Shown here: positions 1 to 12,300 of the stretch, in pieces
How positions within the stretch are numbered: the stretch's first letter is position 1
Layout: every line of letters starts with the position of its first letter
NCBI GenBank assembly: GCA_003693705.1
Contig: RBZT01000978.1
Coordinates: 1 to 64,000, forward strand
Direction of reading: 5' to 3'
From: Polymyxa betae A26-41
Lineage: Eukaryota; Protista; Endomyxa: Phytomyxea
Length of the DNA: 64,000 nt
Notes under the pieces: generated by a model
The model's database searches: none
What the model was told of the DNA's origin: nothing
Seen by the model: only the letters and a program-made list of their open reading frames with translations
Program-made: the position numbers and the translations under genes

Positions 1-188
1 AGATGAGAAACGTATGAATTTTGGAGTTGATCGGAATCCTTGCGTGGAGGCCGCTCCTCGCCATTCATAGTAGGGAGACGAGGGGACCCGCGCAGTCCGT
101 GACAGTTAGGGCTCTTCCCCTATAGGAATCGTCAGCAGGGGCGCAGCCCTCTGCGCAGCCCCTCAGGAAGGGCCAGTACGACTGCCTG

Positions 189-1103
189 GTGGTCGGCTGG
201 GCGGCTGCGAGTACTGTCATGCTCAATGGGCATGACAATCTCTCAAAATTAGGTGTGACTGAGGTCGGCGACGCTTCTACGGACCAGCCGAAATCAAGCA
301 TCGCGATGCAGCTGGAAGGTACTCCTTTTTTAAAGACCCTTGATCCACGTGAAATTATCGCTTGTCGTCACCAACTGACACGTTACCGCAGCTGTTTACC
401 AGACGCGAAGGATCAAGGTGTTACACAGTCTGATAAGCCACGTTCTTTGAAATCGATGATTGATCCTCATTTGTGGACAACTATCGAAGAATATCATTTA
501 CCTGATAGCGAGAAGGCAAATCCGACTGATAAAGTCGTTGAAACCTTCTTGGAGACACAGCAGAAGGCTGATAAGTCAGGCCTTCATGCTATAGAATTCA
601 TCATATCTTCGGGATTGAAGATGAATATTAATTTGCGACCGAAGGCTCGTATTACTGATCTTGTTACTCGTATGAATCGGTTGATTGAGGATCACCAATA
701 TTCAGAGTCTTTAGCGTCGTCTCGAGGTTCTAAAAATTATATTAATTTTTTAGTTGGTGCCTTGCGCCCAGTTCGTTTTCGTGAGGCGATGGAATCAGCC
801 TTGAAGTTTCATAAAGTTCATCTTGAGGATGACAAAAAGGCTTTTGTTAAAGAATTGTCTGACAATGTTGAACAATATGAATTGGATTTGGTACGTGAGC
901 GACAGGAACTATCACGCAAACGTCCGCGTGCTGAATCAACTTTTAATCGGGAATCTAAGAAACCGCGTGCTGGGACAGTTTGCTTAAAATTAAAATGTAA
1001 ATTTTCAGATCATCTGATGAAGACATGTCCTCATAATCCAAGTCTTGATGACCAGAGGAAATTGATCGCCCAGTATCGTTTGGCGAAAAATAATCGAGTA
1101 TAA
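189..1103 (+). mobile_element. Gag-like ORF of an LTR (Gypsy-type) retroelement, no pol downstream
   Basis: Intronless 304-aa ORF with a C-terminal CCHC-like knuckle (CLKLKCKFSDHLMKTCPH) after a basic linker. Stops right after the knuckle, with no protease or RT motifs following. Lies in a TE cluster. Confidence 0.6.
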
Positions 1104-2041
1104 TGGCTTTAGTCTTGATAAATGTCATTGATAAACATTTTGTGATTCTATATGGTGTCATTTGGACAATAGAGGGCATTTGAGAAGTAAACCGTTTAAA
1201 AAATTCAGGTCCGGCCGGACGCTTTCGAGCAATTAGTGCGCACTTTTCCCAATTATGAAAAAAAATTGCGAACATTACGGGAACTCGAAAGATGGTTTAT
1301 TCTCTGAATTGGATTCTGTCATGATTGATGGATCGATTTGCAATTATTGTATTGCTCACTCTGTTGCATATCCAATGATGCTATCGTATATGCTGCTATG
1401 CTGAAACTGTGATGTTACATTGGCGTTGCGTCTTAACTCGGCTTTCATATATTTGAATTTTTTCCTGGCCAGGGATCAGTTGCAATGTTTTTTAACTACA
1501 CACTGGGCATTTATATGAATTGACCTCTGTTGGGATGTGCGGACATTGTAATAGAGCACTTTGGCCCAGTATATACATATCAGAATACTTTGAAAGGCGC
1601 ACTTTTTTGGATGAGTTTTATCCATTTTAAGGAACGAAAGATTTTGTGAGTATACCTTTTGCCTACCTACTTTTATCCCAAAGAGGTTTTCGGGTGGGTT
1701 TTACTGGTGCTCCAAGATCATGTCGGACCTCTTCATGCTCTGCACAAGTTTAATGATAAACTTGTCTTGGTGGAGGCAGTGTATGGGATCTTGGACTGGC
1801 GCTGAACGATTCGACTACATGAACAATATTGGATGATGATTGAATATGATAATATATAAAGACAGACTATTTTAACCTTTATTAGAAAGACATCAATTGG
1901 ATTTGAGTTCGAATAGCGGCTGGAACCACACACCGGGTCAAATTCGAAACACGCAGATTCCGCGATCCGTCAGTCACGCATAAAACTTTTGCGTGCGCAT
2001 AAATAAAATTGCGACCGCAGTTTTATTCTCTGACTTTACAG

Positions 2042-2948
2042 CAGGCCTCCTTAATTTTGGTATTTACCAAATTTAATAAAAATAAGCTAATTTTGGTACA
2101 TTTATGGACCCTATTTTGTTTAATTTTGGTATTTCTGTAATGATCAAGGTTTTGCTATCTAAGCAACACGAAGAAGCCGAAATCCGTTTATCTCAGTTGT
2201 TGGAGCTGATAAAACTGCTTAGCCTGTAAAAAGCCTTCTAGTGAGATGTCTGATAATGACTCTCGATTCTCATTCTTCTCCCATCCCAAGACGGAAAAGT
2301 CGGATTCGACAGGTGAAGTATTCGGAAATACTGTAAACAAGGCCCCGGCAAACGACCGAAGTGTCGAGAATCACCGTCGCGACACTGCTGAATTGCCTGT
2401 TGCAATGCAGTGTCATTTTTGGAAGCCTTAAACAATTCCGTTTGCTCAGAGGTGATTCGATGTAAAACCGTCGCGAAGCGTTCTCGGTATCTCACAAGCA
2501 GCGGACCGAAATCTCTGCCCCGTAACTTGCACAAGAAACTTGGAAATAACGAAGGGAAGTCATCTTCGATCGGGCGATTTCCTGCGTCCCGCATCGTACA
2601 AATACGACTGACGCCATCTACGAACCCAGCGATTAATTGTCCAACCTCTCGTTTCACCAACAGCTGGTTGTCTTCAGACAAAGTTTCGACTATGTCATGA
2701 ATCCACAGTCCTTGGTCATCCAAGAAGCCGGTGATAGATTCATATGATATTGTCCAAACTCCAACAGACTCGTTATCAAGCTTTGTTTCCTGCAAAAAAG
2801 CCAGGTAGACAGCTACTCGGCAACCTCTCGACAAATCACGCAGTCCGAGAAAAAAATCAATAAAATATTTTATTTTTGGTAAATTTTCAGACCTTATTTT
2901 CGATAATTCTGGTAACTATTAATAGATTACCAAAATTAATGAGGCCTG
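2042..2948 (-). mobile_element. Internally deleted hAT-superfamily DNA transposon (907 bp)
   Basis: TIRs CAGGCCTCCTTAATTTTGGTA (2042-2062) and TACCAAAATTAATGAGGCCTG (2928-2948), 1 mismatch. Perfect 8-bp TSD CTTTACAG at 2034-2041 and 2949-2956. Minus strand carries a frameshifted transposase C-terminal remnant (TVFPNTSPVESDFSVLGWEKNENRESLSDISLEG). Confidence 0.9.
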
Positions 2949-2951
2949 CTT

Positions 2952-3030
2952 TACAGTATAATCGATACTCTCTTATAATTGATAAAAACACCTGCCACCG
3001 ACCATATCGATTATAAGAGAGTCTACGGTA
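2952..3030. mobile_element. Tiny Tc1/mariner(pogo)-like MITE
   Basis: Inverted repeats ACTCTCTTATAATTGATA (2967-2984) and TATCGATTATAAGAGAGT (3005-3022). Ends read TA-CAGTA ... TACGG-TA, typical of TA-targeting elements. Confidence 0.6.
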
Positions 3031-3441
3031 ATTGCGTTTGTGAAAATGTTGAATTCGTGACGGGTTATATGGATGTCAGTGCCTGGACGTTTAACTGCCC
3101 AGCCAGTGATGAGATGAAGGAGCGAAGATTATATTAGGAATCTCTCCCGCCAGATGCTCCTCCGAAGTAACAGATTTGCTGCACCCTTGGAATCCTTTTG
3201 TGATCTCTTTGGCTTAGTGTTAAAACTTCGTGCTGGTGCCTGAATATCCCTTTGGTCAAAAAAATTGGTCGTTGGTCGAAAATTGGTCAAAAAGTGGGTA
3301 AATTTTTTATATCAAGTTCCACTCTCTGTAGATTTGTGAAATGTCCATTCTGTTAAGTAATGAGGTCATATAATGATATAGAGTAGATATAAATTTATCA
3401 GGATTCAAATATAGAAAATTGTGTATCGAGTAGATGTTGTT

Positions 3442-4119
3442 TCAAGAGAATGTATGTGGTCTGGAGGGATAGAAGTGATTCAGAGCCAAAGTCAATACAA
3501 AAGCAGAGAGACCGATCAGAATCCAGTCCTTCTTAGTCGTATTGCCCTGATCTTGATCAGATACGAGTTTGTGATGATTGGATGTGTGATGAGATTGTAT
3601 AAATGATGGTGTAGCAATATGATCTAGCTTTGCCTTGATAATGATATTGGAGAATGTCTTATTATTGGTAATATAACAAAGTACATGATTACCATGATAT
3701 ATAGTGAGATTAGGTTCTATTTCACTTGTATAGATGCTTATCTCTATCAATGGTACTGTCTGTATATTGTCACAATCGCTGCTCATATCTTCTATTGTTA
3801 GATCATCACGACCAACACCTAATCATCATTGATCATTAGCTTCAAAGATATGAGTAAGATTCTCACGAATAGTAAGAGGATTATTTCCAGGTCCTATAGC
3901 AGATATAGCTGATATTCGCTTAGATTGTTGAGATCTCCATGACAGATATGCTGATTGAATGGATCTCAATTTATCTGATGATCCTGGACTTAATCTCCAT
4001 TCATCATATGCATCAGCAACAGAACGTAGAGATTGTACTGAATCATGTATCCTATCAACAGATAGAGTACGAGATGGTTGACGTCCTGCTCTATCAAAAT
4101 CTCCAGTATAGATCACCAT
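3442..4119 (-). CDS. Hypothetical tail-anchored membrane protein (2 exons)
   Basis: ORFs 3826-4119 and 3442-3786 join in frame through a 48-nt GT-AG intron at 3819-3866. C-terminal TM segment WILIGLSAFVLTLAL. Confidence 0.55.
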
Positions 4120-4519
4120 CAGTTCTTAACAATGAACTTTCATAGACATCAATGATATCGGAAATAGAATTCCATGGAATAATCAAATAGAATCGATCTA
4201 CAGTCGAATGATGCTTGTCAATCATGTCCTGATATTAGATACAATCTTATATGAGTTCATGTATTTCAATTTCATATTGGAAATGAAGTGAGAGATATGA
4301 AGACAAGTGTATAACTATAAGTTTATCTATACATGAATGTGTATAATATATTATTATCGTACAGATCTATATAGAACATAGTATATATAGAGTCCAGATT
4401 GCATGTAATTGCATGCCTTGAGTAGTACTAATAGATCATGTCCAATGTACATCATACTATTACATGACTAATAGATCATTATTGAGTACCCAGTGTGTAT
4501 AACCCTCATCTTTACTATC

Positions 4520-5801
4520 ATGAACTTGTCCTATCTGCTTGTCTTGTCACTTTCTATTCTCTCATCATATTCGATATCAGAATCATGGAGTCCTGCTATA
4601 GATCTACAATCTCGAGCTATCATTAAGAATCTCTATCAGCTGGCAGATCTAGCTCAGATTGAGATCCAGAAGCATGCACCTAATGACAACCTTGTGGATC
4701 AGATAGATGAGATTGAGGAGCAGATCGAGACTGAATGTCAGCAGATCGAGGATGTCTATACCAATGATATAGGTAAAGCTCAGGAACAGCTCAATGAATA
4801 TCAGCAAGATCTAGATCTCGTACAAGATCAATTATCTGATCAGAATACCAAGATTACATCTTTACATAATCAAATAACTGATCTGACACAACAAAATCAA
4901 GATCTTACATCTAAACAAGGACAAATTCAAACAGATCTGGATACATTACAATCTCAATTACAACATTCTATTGAACAATTAGAACAATTGAATAAGAAAT
5001 TTACTGATCAGATTGCTGCAGATACCAAGGGTATCTCAATGGTTAACGATTTCATTATTCTGATCAAGACGCCAAATTCAAATCCAGATCTGGAATCGAC
5101 ATGGAATCAGATTCTAAAAGTATTGAGTTCTAATCCAGCTAATGATATTCAGGCTCGATTAGGCAAGATTCAAGCTGATATTGATAAATATCGTGTTCAA
5201 GGTGCCAAAGAACGTCAAGATACCAAGTCAAGATTATTGAATTCAGCTCGACAATTGACAAATGATTTACAGAAAGATGTTACTAATCAGCAGAACACAC
5301 AAAAGAGTACAAATCAGAATCATGCACAGCAACAGACCAAATTGCAGAATGATATAGAATCACAATCGGATTTATTGGAAACTATTAGTGAACAATTAGA
5401 AGATCTCGGTGCACAGATTCAGGAATTGAATAGTGATTTAAAGGATGTACAAGACAATCTGAATGAAATTACTGGTGAAGGTCATGATCTAGAAGTAGAT
5501 ATATCTGAGATTAAGAATGGAATTACTGAACTTGAATTAAATCATAAATCTCATCAAGATACATGTTTTCAATATGAGAATCAACTTGATACCATACGTC
5601 ATTATCTAAAGGTAAGATCTGTATCTATATAATCATTATAATATTGATATATTTCAGACTCATCCACCTAATGCTCTACAGCAATCATGTAAACCAGGTG
5701 ATCAAGATTGTCCACTATGTCTATATGATTATCATTGTCCTAATGGATTACAATGTTCCAAGTTTGCTATCTGCTATAATGCTACAATAAGCAAGACCTG
5801 A
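4520..5801 (+). CDS. Secreted acidic coiled-coil protein with C-terminal 6-Cys module
   Basis: Signal peptide MNLSYLLVLSLSILSSYSISES, then long Q/D/E-rich heptads. Intron 5612-5657 (GTAAGA..TTCAG) adds THPPNALQQSCKPGDQDCPLCLYDYHCPNGLQCSKFAICYNATISKT*. Confidence 0.8.
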
Positions 5802-5933
5802 AGTTTATTAACATCTCCATGATACTATTATCATGAATAAATGTAGTGATTGGTGTTGGTCTATTGAATTGCATGAATATAGTATATGTAGATATACATA
5901 TCATGTTATATTATATCAGATAATATTCCCATC

Positions 5934-6433
5934 ATGTTCAACTATATAGTCCAATCTGGACGTCATTTTGTGTGTGCTCTAACATGTCTGAATTGGCGTC
6001 ATCCTGTAGTATTAGGAGCTGTACTGATTCAGACGTTAACCTGTGCCTTAGCATATCGTACACGTCATCATTTAGATTCACAAGCTTGTATACTGGGTGC
6101 AATAGGTCTACATCTATCTACTCTATATATATCTCTATATAACATTATTATAGGAACTATCGTCTTAACATCTCCTGTATTTGATCATATTCTCAACATG
6201 TTATCATTGAAGTTATGGCAAATTACTCCATCTACTAGTAATACTGGTAATATGTTTATGAAGCTAAATCTGCAGATATTGGCTGCTATCAGTACATGGA
6301 TTCTGGTAATATATTCCATCATATTGCATATATAACCCCTATATAACACTATGTACAGATTAATACAGGATATCGTCTATATCTTACATATAGACCACAT
6401 CAGTTATTATTACGTCGTAAGAAGATGCAATGA
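5934..6433 (+). CDS. Small multi-pass membrane protein with C-terminal KKxx ER-retrieval motif
   Basis: Hydrophobic ORF. Phase-0 intron 6306-6358 adds INTGYRLYLTYRPHQLLLRRKKMQ*. Confidence 0.6.
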
Positions 6434-6680
6434 TCATCTACATACAATAATAATATCATACATGCATATCATATCTCTGTGTGTCATTCAAGCTATTCCT
6501 CCTTAGAAATATTAAATAAATCAGTTGCCAACACAAGTACTACTGGTTGATCTGCTCCTGGATCTTCAACATCTCACTTCCACCTGATTCTATCCATTCG
6601 TTTAGCATTGTGAAAATGAGAAGTTCGACCCCCGGGGGTACTTGATTAAGTATCCATAGAACAGAGCGAACTCCAGAGGA

Positions 6681-9361
6681 ATGGCATGCTGGTCCCGGTC
6701 GTGCACGCCCTCGCCTAGTTGTTATACTGTCTATATACGTGATAGATTGAGTCGATATTCAGAACATAGATGGTGGTTGATATCAATGACATTAATAACA
6801 TTAATATCACTCTATATAGATGATATTCAACAATATTACTTTACTAAATCATCAGATACAATATTCCAGGTAATATCAACATATATATTTATTATATATC
6901 TAGTCGAATTAATTCTATTATGTCTTGTACAAGCACATTATCCATTATCATTATTCTTCTTTCTAGATTTAATATCAACATTAGCTATATTTCCACATAC
7001 TTCATTCATGCCACAAGCATTATTAGGTGATGCATTCCGTTCTAATAGTTCAACAACTACAAATTTCAATCTAATGCGTGCTGCACGTGCAACTCGTGCT
7101 GGTACTCGTGCTTCACGTATATTACGTATTAGTCGTATTATTCGTATATTACGTTTAGCGAAATTATCCAAGATTGTTGTACAACGCTTACATAAGAAAT
7201 CGTCACCTACATTTAATACGAAATCAAGATATCCTCATCATAATACTGATATTGTACATTCTATCGCAACTCCATCACATACGTCGAGCAGTCATACTGG
7301 CCCGCCACTGCATCCTCAATATGGTGGAGATCAATCACGTGTTGGTGCCCGTTTAGCAGATCTAACAGCACAACGTTTAGCTGTAATGGTATTATCAATG
7401 TTATTTATAATTCCATTAATATCATATCATGATGATATACAAGCACCATTAGTTGCTTTAGATCAGATTATACAATTAAGTAGAAATCAATCAGTATCAT
7501 TACAACATGCTGCACTTCAATTTACTGAATTTCAAGATCGACATGGAGTTCAATCGTGGACTGTATTAGCTTTAAGATTACAGAGTCCAGATGCACAACA
7601 ATATTATTATGAATCTGAAGATCTTCAACTATACAGATCTAATGAGATATCTGTATATCAATATGATGATCAGAATGAAGTAGTATTTTCTATACAAGCT
7701 TTCATGCAGAATCGATCTCTATATTCTATATATCAAACAACATTTATTATCATGTTAATGGGTATTGCAGCATTGGTATTTCTTCATGATGCTGAGCATC
7801 TAATCATACGTCCTATTGAACGTATGACAAGGGTTATAGATCGATTACGTAGTAATCCATTGGCTAAGAATCAACATAGATCTGGTACTGAATCAGAACC
7901 TGAGACATTAGAGACTGCTATGCTGTAAGAATATCTCTTTAAATCATATTCAGACATCTAATCATGATTATAGAGAACATACATTGGAGAAATTAACTGG
8001 ATTATTACAGATTGGATTTGGAGAAGCTGGATCAGCGATGATACAGAAGAATATTAATGCAAATGGCGAATTAAATGCATTAGTCAATGGTGAACGTGTT
8101 CTGGCTATATTCGGGTTCTGTCATATTCGTGGATTTCAAGATATGAATGGACAACTTCATGAGAATATCATGCTGTTTGTTAATGAAATAGCCGAGATTG
8201 TACATCGACAGGTTCATGAATCTGGTGGTGCTGTTAATCGTAATCTTGGAGAGACTTTTGTCCTGGTCTGGAAGATCCCTCAGGTTCTCTTATATAATCA
8301 ATATGATGCATGAATGTAATATTGATATAACAGATAGTACGAGCTGATAGAATGGAATGGATATTAGAACATGATCCTCAAGGAATACATCCAGATACAC
8401 AATTATCTTCAATTGAACATCAAGCATTACAAGATGCACAACAGACTGCTGCTCATGCATTAGCTGCATTTATTCGTGTTATCTATCATTGCTCTAATCC
8501 ATCTCCACAATTACAGCAATTACTTAATACTTCCAACAACGTAACCACCTCCTTTCTGTTCTCTCAATCAAATTCTGTTCAATGTATTACTTATGTTGGT
8601 TATTTCAATGTGATATTGAATATTAAGGTGGATTTATGTATTCAGCAATCAACAACAGAAGGTGTGTCGGTTGGTCTTGGATTACATGTTGGATGGGCTA
8701 TTGAAGGTGCTATTGGATCTCGATTCAAGATAGATGCATCATATCTATCACCAAATGTGAATATGGCAGCCCGATTAATGGCTGCGACAAAGCAATATCG
8801 TGTACCATTACTATTTAGTAAGGAATTCTGGTATATAAACATGTCTCATATTTACATGTTCATATCTGACATTTATATAGGTCGATATTACCATTATCAG
8901 CTCGAAATCGATGTCGTCAATTAGATCGTGTAGCAGTGAAAGGCAGTAATAAACCAATAGGTTTGTATACATTCGATTTGAATACGTCATTACCATCACG
9001 ATCATCACGATCATCATCAAAATCATCAATGGCTCTCATCTCTATGACCAAATCTGCCATTGAACGACGACGACGTGAACATCGTAATAAGGCCAAGACC
9101 AGGCCTGTAGACTTTGACAATGATAAATTGCTGAACTCGTTGCAGAATGGGGTCATTGTGAAAGCCTTCCGTGAGAATCATGAAGAAGGTCTAGCTGCAT
9201 ATCTGCAAGGTGATTGGGCTAAGGCTATCAAGCTATTCGAGATGGCGTTGCGATTTAAACCATCAGATGGTCCAACTGATAATCTGATCAAGTATATTCG
9301 AGATTCGGGTGGTCATGCTCCTGAATATTGGTCAGGATATCGACCTCTATCTCAAAAATAA
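6681..9361 (+). CDS. Ion-channel-type adenylyl cyclase (Paramecium AC / Plasmodium ACalpha architecture): voltage-sensor TMs + class III cyclase + C-terminal TPR-like
   Basis: S1-S4 with Arg-rich RAARATRAGTRASRILRISRIIRILRLAK, then PIERM, GFGEAG, FGFCHIRGF, GLHVGWAIEGAIGSRFKIDASYLSPNVNMAARL and YLQGDWAKA...DGPT. About 5 exons. Confidence 0.92.
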
Positions 9362-9376
9362 ATCTATTTCTACATA

Positions 9377-12300
9377 TTATTTATTTACTAGTGATGGGAT
9401 ATCTGTAGTAGGTGGTCGTGGAGATACTGATGAACTTCGAGAATGTACAAGTATAGGAGATCTCTTCCCAGAACTTGTACCAGATACAGAATCGTATTCT
9501 ATGACATTCTTCTGAAACCCTAACAATGCTTTCGATAGGGCTAGTTCAGCTGACAGATCATTATTCTCAGAGTTGAACATTTCGATCTCATTACGTAATT
9601 GTGCCAGCTGATCCAGATAACATTGATGAATGAGATCATCGTTTAACGTCATTGATAGCATAATTGTCTTACCTTGACACTATGCGCCGTATCAGATCGG
9701 ATCTTATCACGTTTTAGTTCATTAGCAGCTCTTCTAGCAGATATCTTGGTATTCTGCAGATCAGTACGTAGATCTGACATCTAAACATGGGTCCAGCATG
9801 ACCTGATCAGTTACCAGAATAGCACTAAAAGTTCATGTTTAAGCTGACCTGTTGCGATGATCTCTCAATCTGTAACTCCATCTCAGATTGTCTCTTTTTT
9901 GAAGCAATGAGATCTTGCTCTTTACAGTCTAACAAGAGCTGCAGCTGATCACGCTTACGTATTGCTTCCTAGAAATCATTATTGTTCATCAATAGGGTAA
10001 AGCAGCTCAGAAACTATGTCTGACATCAAGTTCCAATCTGATCCGATCCATGTCATTTGTTAATTGATCATGATCAAACTGAAGTTGAGTGAGGTTGTTA
10101 TCTGATTGCTCATATCGATGTTTTAAATCTTGAAGTTGATCTTGCATCTGAATAATCTGATCCTGATCCAAGTTCTGTTTCTGTGCCAGCCGATGTTGCA
10201 ATTCCTGAATTCGTGCATGACATAAATCCAATTCGCGACTTTTTTCAGTCATTCGACTGTCCACTGCCTCTTTATATTGTTGTAGCTCCTATAGCACGGA
10301 TCATATTACACATCATGACGATTAGAATGCCGACCTTGACTTCATGACGTTTCTTATCAAGATCATGTTCATATTGATCAATACGTTTCTCATCGGTTGC
10401 TAACTGACTGCGAACCTGTTTTAATCGATCACGTAACTCTTGAAGATCTCGATCATGATCTGCTGCTTGTGATGTCTTTTCATCTATCAGTAATTGAACA
10501 CGTTGTTGTAATGTCATCTCCGATTTATTTAGCAACATCCTGTTATTGAAAGCCCCATTATAAACCTGGAATCATGTATAATGTAGATATACCGATCTGT
10601 CTCCGATTGTTTCAATTGATTTTGAAGATCATCATAACGTTGTCTTTGTGTTTCATATCGATCACGAATAGTGTCGTATGCGATCATAATCTCATCATTA
10701 CGTAATTCCAATAGCCTGAGCACACAAATACACAGATCAATACGTGAACAGCCAGAGCAGCCAACATCAACGAACGTATATTTGGACTGAAGTTCAGTCA
10801 ATCGACCACTCAGGGATTGCAGCTGACGACTAAGCTCATTACTGGTAGCTTCATGTTCTTTGCTAAGACCTATACAGGAATAAGACAGATGATACCTGGT
10901 TAGGGATCAGACCTAGATATTACATTGTACTACATTTTCATGGCTCTCCTTAATTTCACTGAACCGCTGATCCGTATCAGACTTGATACGTTGAAGGTCA
11001 GAATGGCATGAATGATATTGATCTAGATAATCTTGTGATTGTTGACGTAACGTTCGTACTTCAATCTGCAATTGATCACGTTCATGAACCAGATCTTGTT
11101 CATGAACATGAATAGATTGCAGTTGATCGCGCCATTCTTCATGTTTCTTACGTAGCGATTTTATCTGATCAGATTGCTCATCATGTGTTTGTCGTAATTG
11201 ATGTTCCAGTTCTCTGGAGCACTCTAACTGCTGCATTAAATCAGATTCACGTTGTCGTAATTGTTTCAGATCATCTTGTAATGCAAGTTGACATTCTTCA
11301 CGAGCTTGTAGATCATGACGTAGATCCGCCTCCCGACTAGTTGATTCTCGTATCTGACCTTCCAGATAACATTTACGTTCATCATAACTTTCCATCTCAT
11401 TACGTAAATCAGATTCATGTTTAATCAGCGCCAGTATCTCAGCCTTCAGACCATGTTCACGCTCTTCACGAACTTGTATATCTTGATATAGATCAGCCAC
11501 ACGATTTGATAATTGCATGACCTGATCTTTCAATTGATAATTCTGAGCTTCCATCTGAATACGCAAATCTGATTCACGTTTAGTTAAGGATGAGATCTCC
11601 CCCTTCAGATCATGTTCACGTTGTTCGCGATTCTGAATGTCATGACGTAGATCAGCTTCGCGATTACATAACTGCATAATCTGATTCTCCAGATGACAAT
11701 TCTGAGTTTCCATTTCATTACGTAGATTTGATTCACGTTTAGTCAGTGCTGATATCTCCTCCATTAGGTCATGTTCACGTTGTTCACGATCTTGTATGTC
11801 ATGACGTAGACCAACCTCACGATCAGACAGCTGTTTGATCTGCTCTTCTAGATGCCGATTTTGACCTTCCAGTTCATTTCGTAGGTTTGATTCACGTTTT
11901 GTCAGGGCTGATATCTCCTCCTTTAGGTCATGTTCACGTTGTTCACAAACTTGTATGTCATGACGCAGACCAACCTCACGATCAGACAGCTGTTTGATCT
12001 GCTCTTCTGAATGCCGATCCTGAGCTTCCAACTCACTTCGTAGAATTGATTCACGCTTAGTCAGGGCTGCTATCTTCTCGGTTAAATCATGTTCGCGCTC
12101 ATCACGAATTTGTACATCATGACGTAGATCAGATTCAGTCTGACGTAATAATTGAACAATTTCCTGATTATCTGAATGACATTGTTCGAGTTCCAGCTGA
12201 CGGTCATGCAGCTGTTCGATCTCTGTATTCAACTTGATTTCAGCAGAACGTAATGTTCGTATCTGGATTTCTTGATGTTGCTGTTCCAGTAGAAGTCGCT

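Noticed and set aside
1190-2030. Possible further TE remnants (GCGCACTTTT repeats, YKCPVC-like peptide)
   Set aside because: No TIR pair, TSD or continuous coding similarity could be established.
3252-3296. Short TTGGTC(A/G)AAAA repeats
   Set aside because: Possibly subterminal repeats of a TE end, but no partner end was found in the window.
11290-12140. Regular repeats as a CRISPR-like array
   Set aside because: They are contiguous in-frame coding repeats with no spacers, in a eukaryotic gene.
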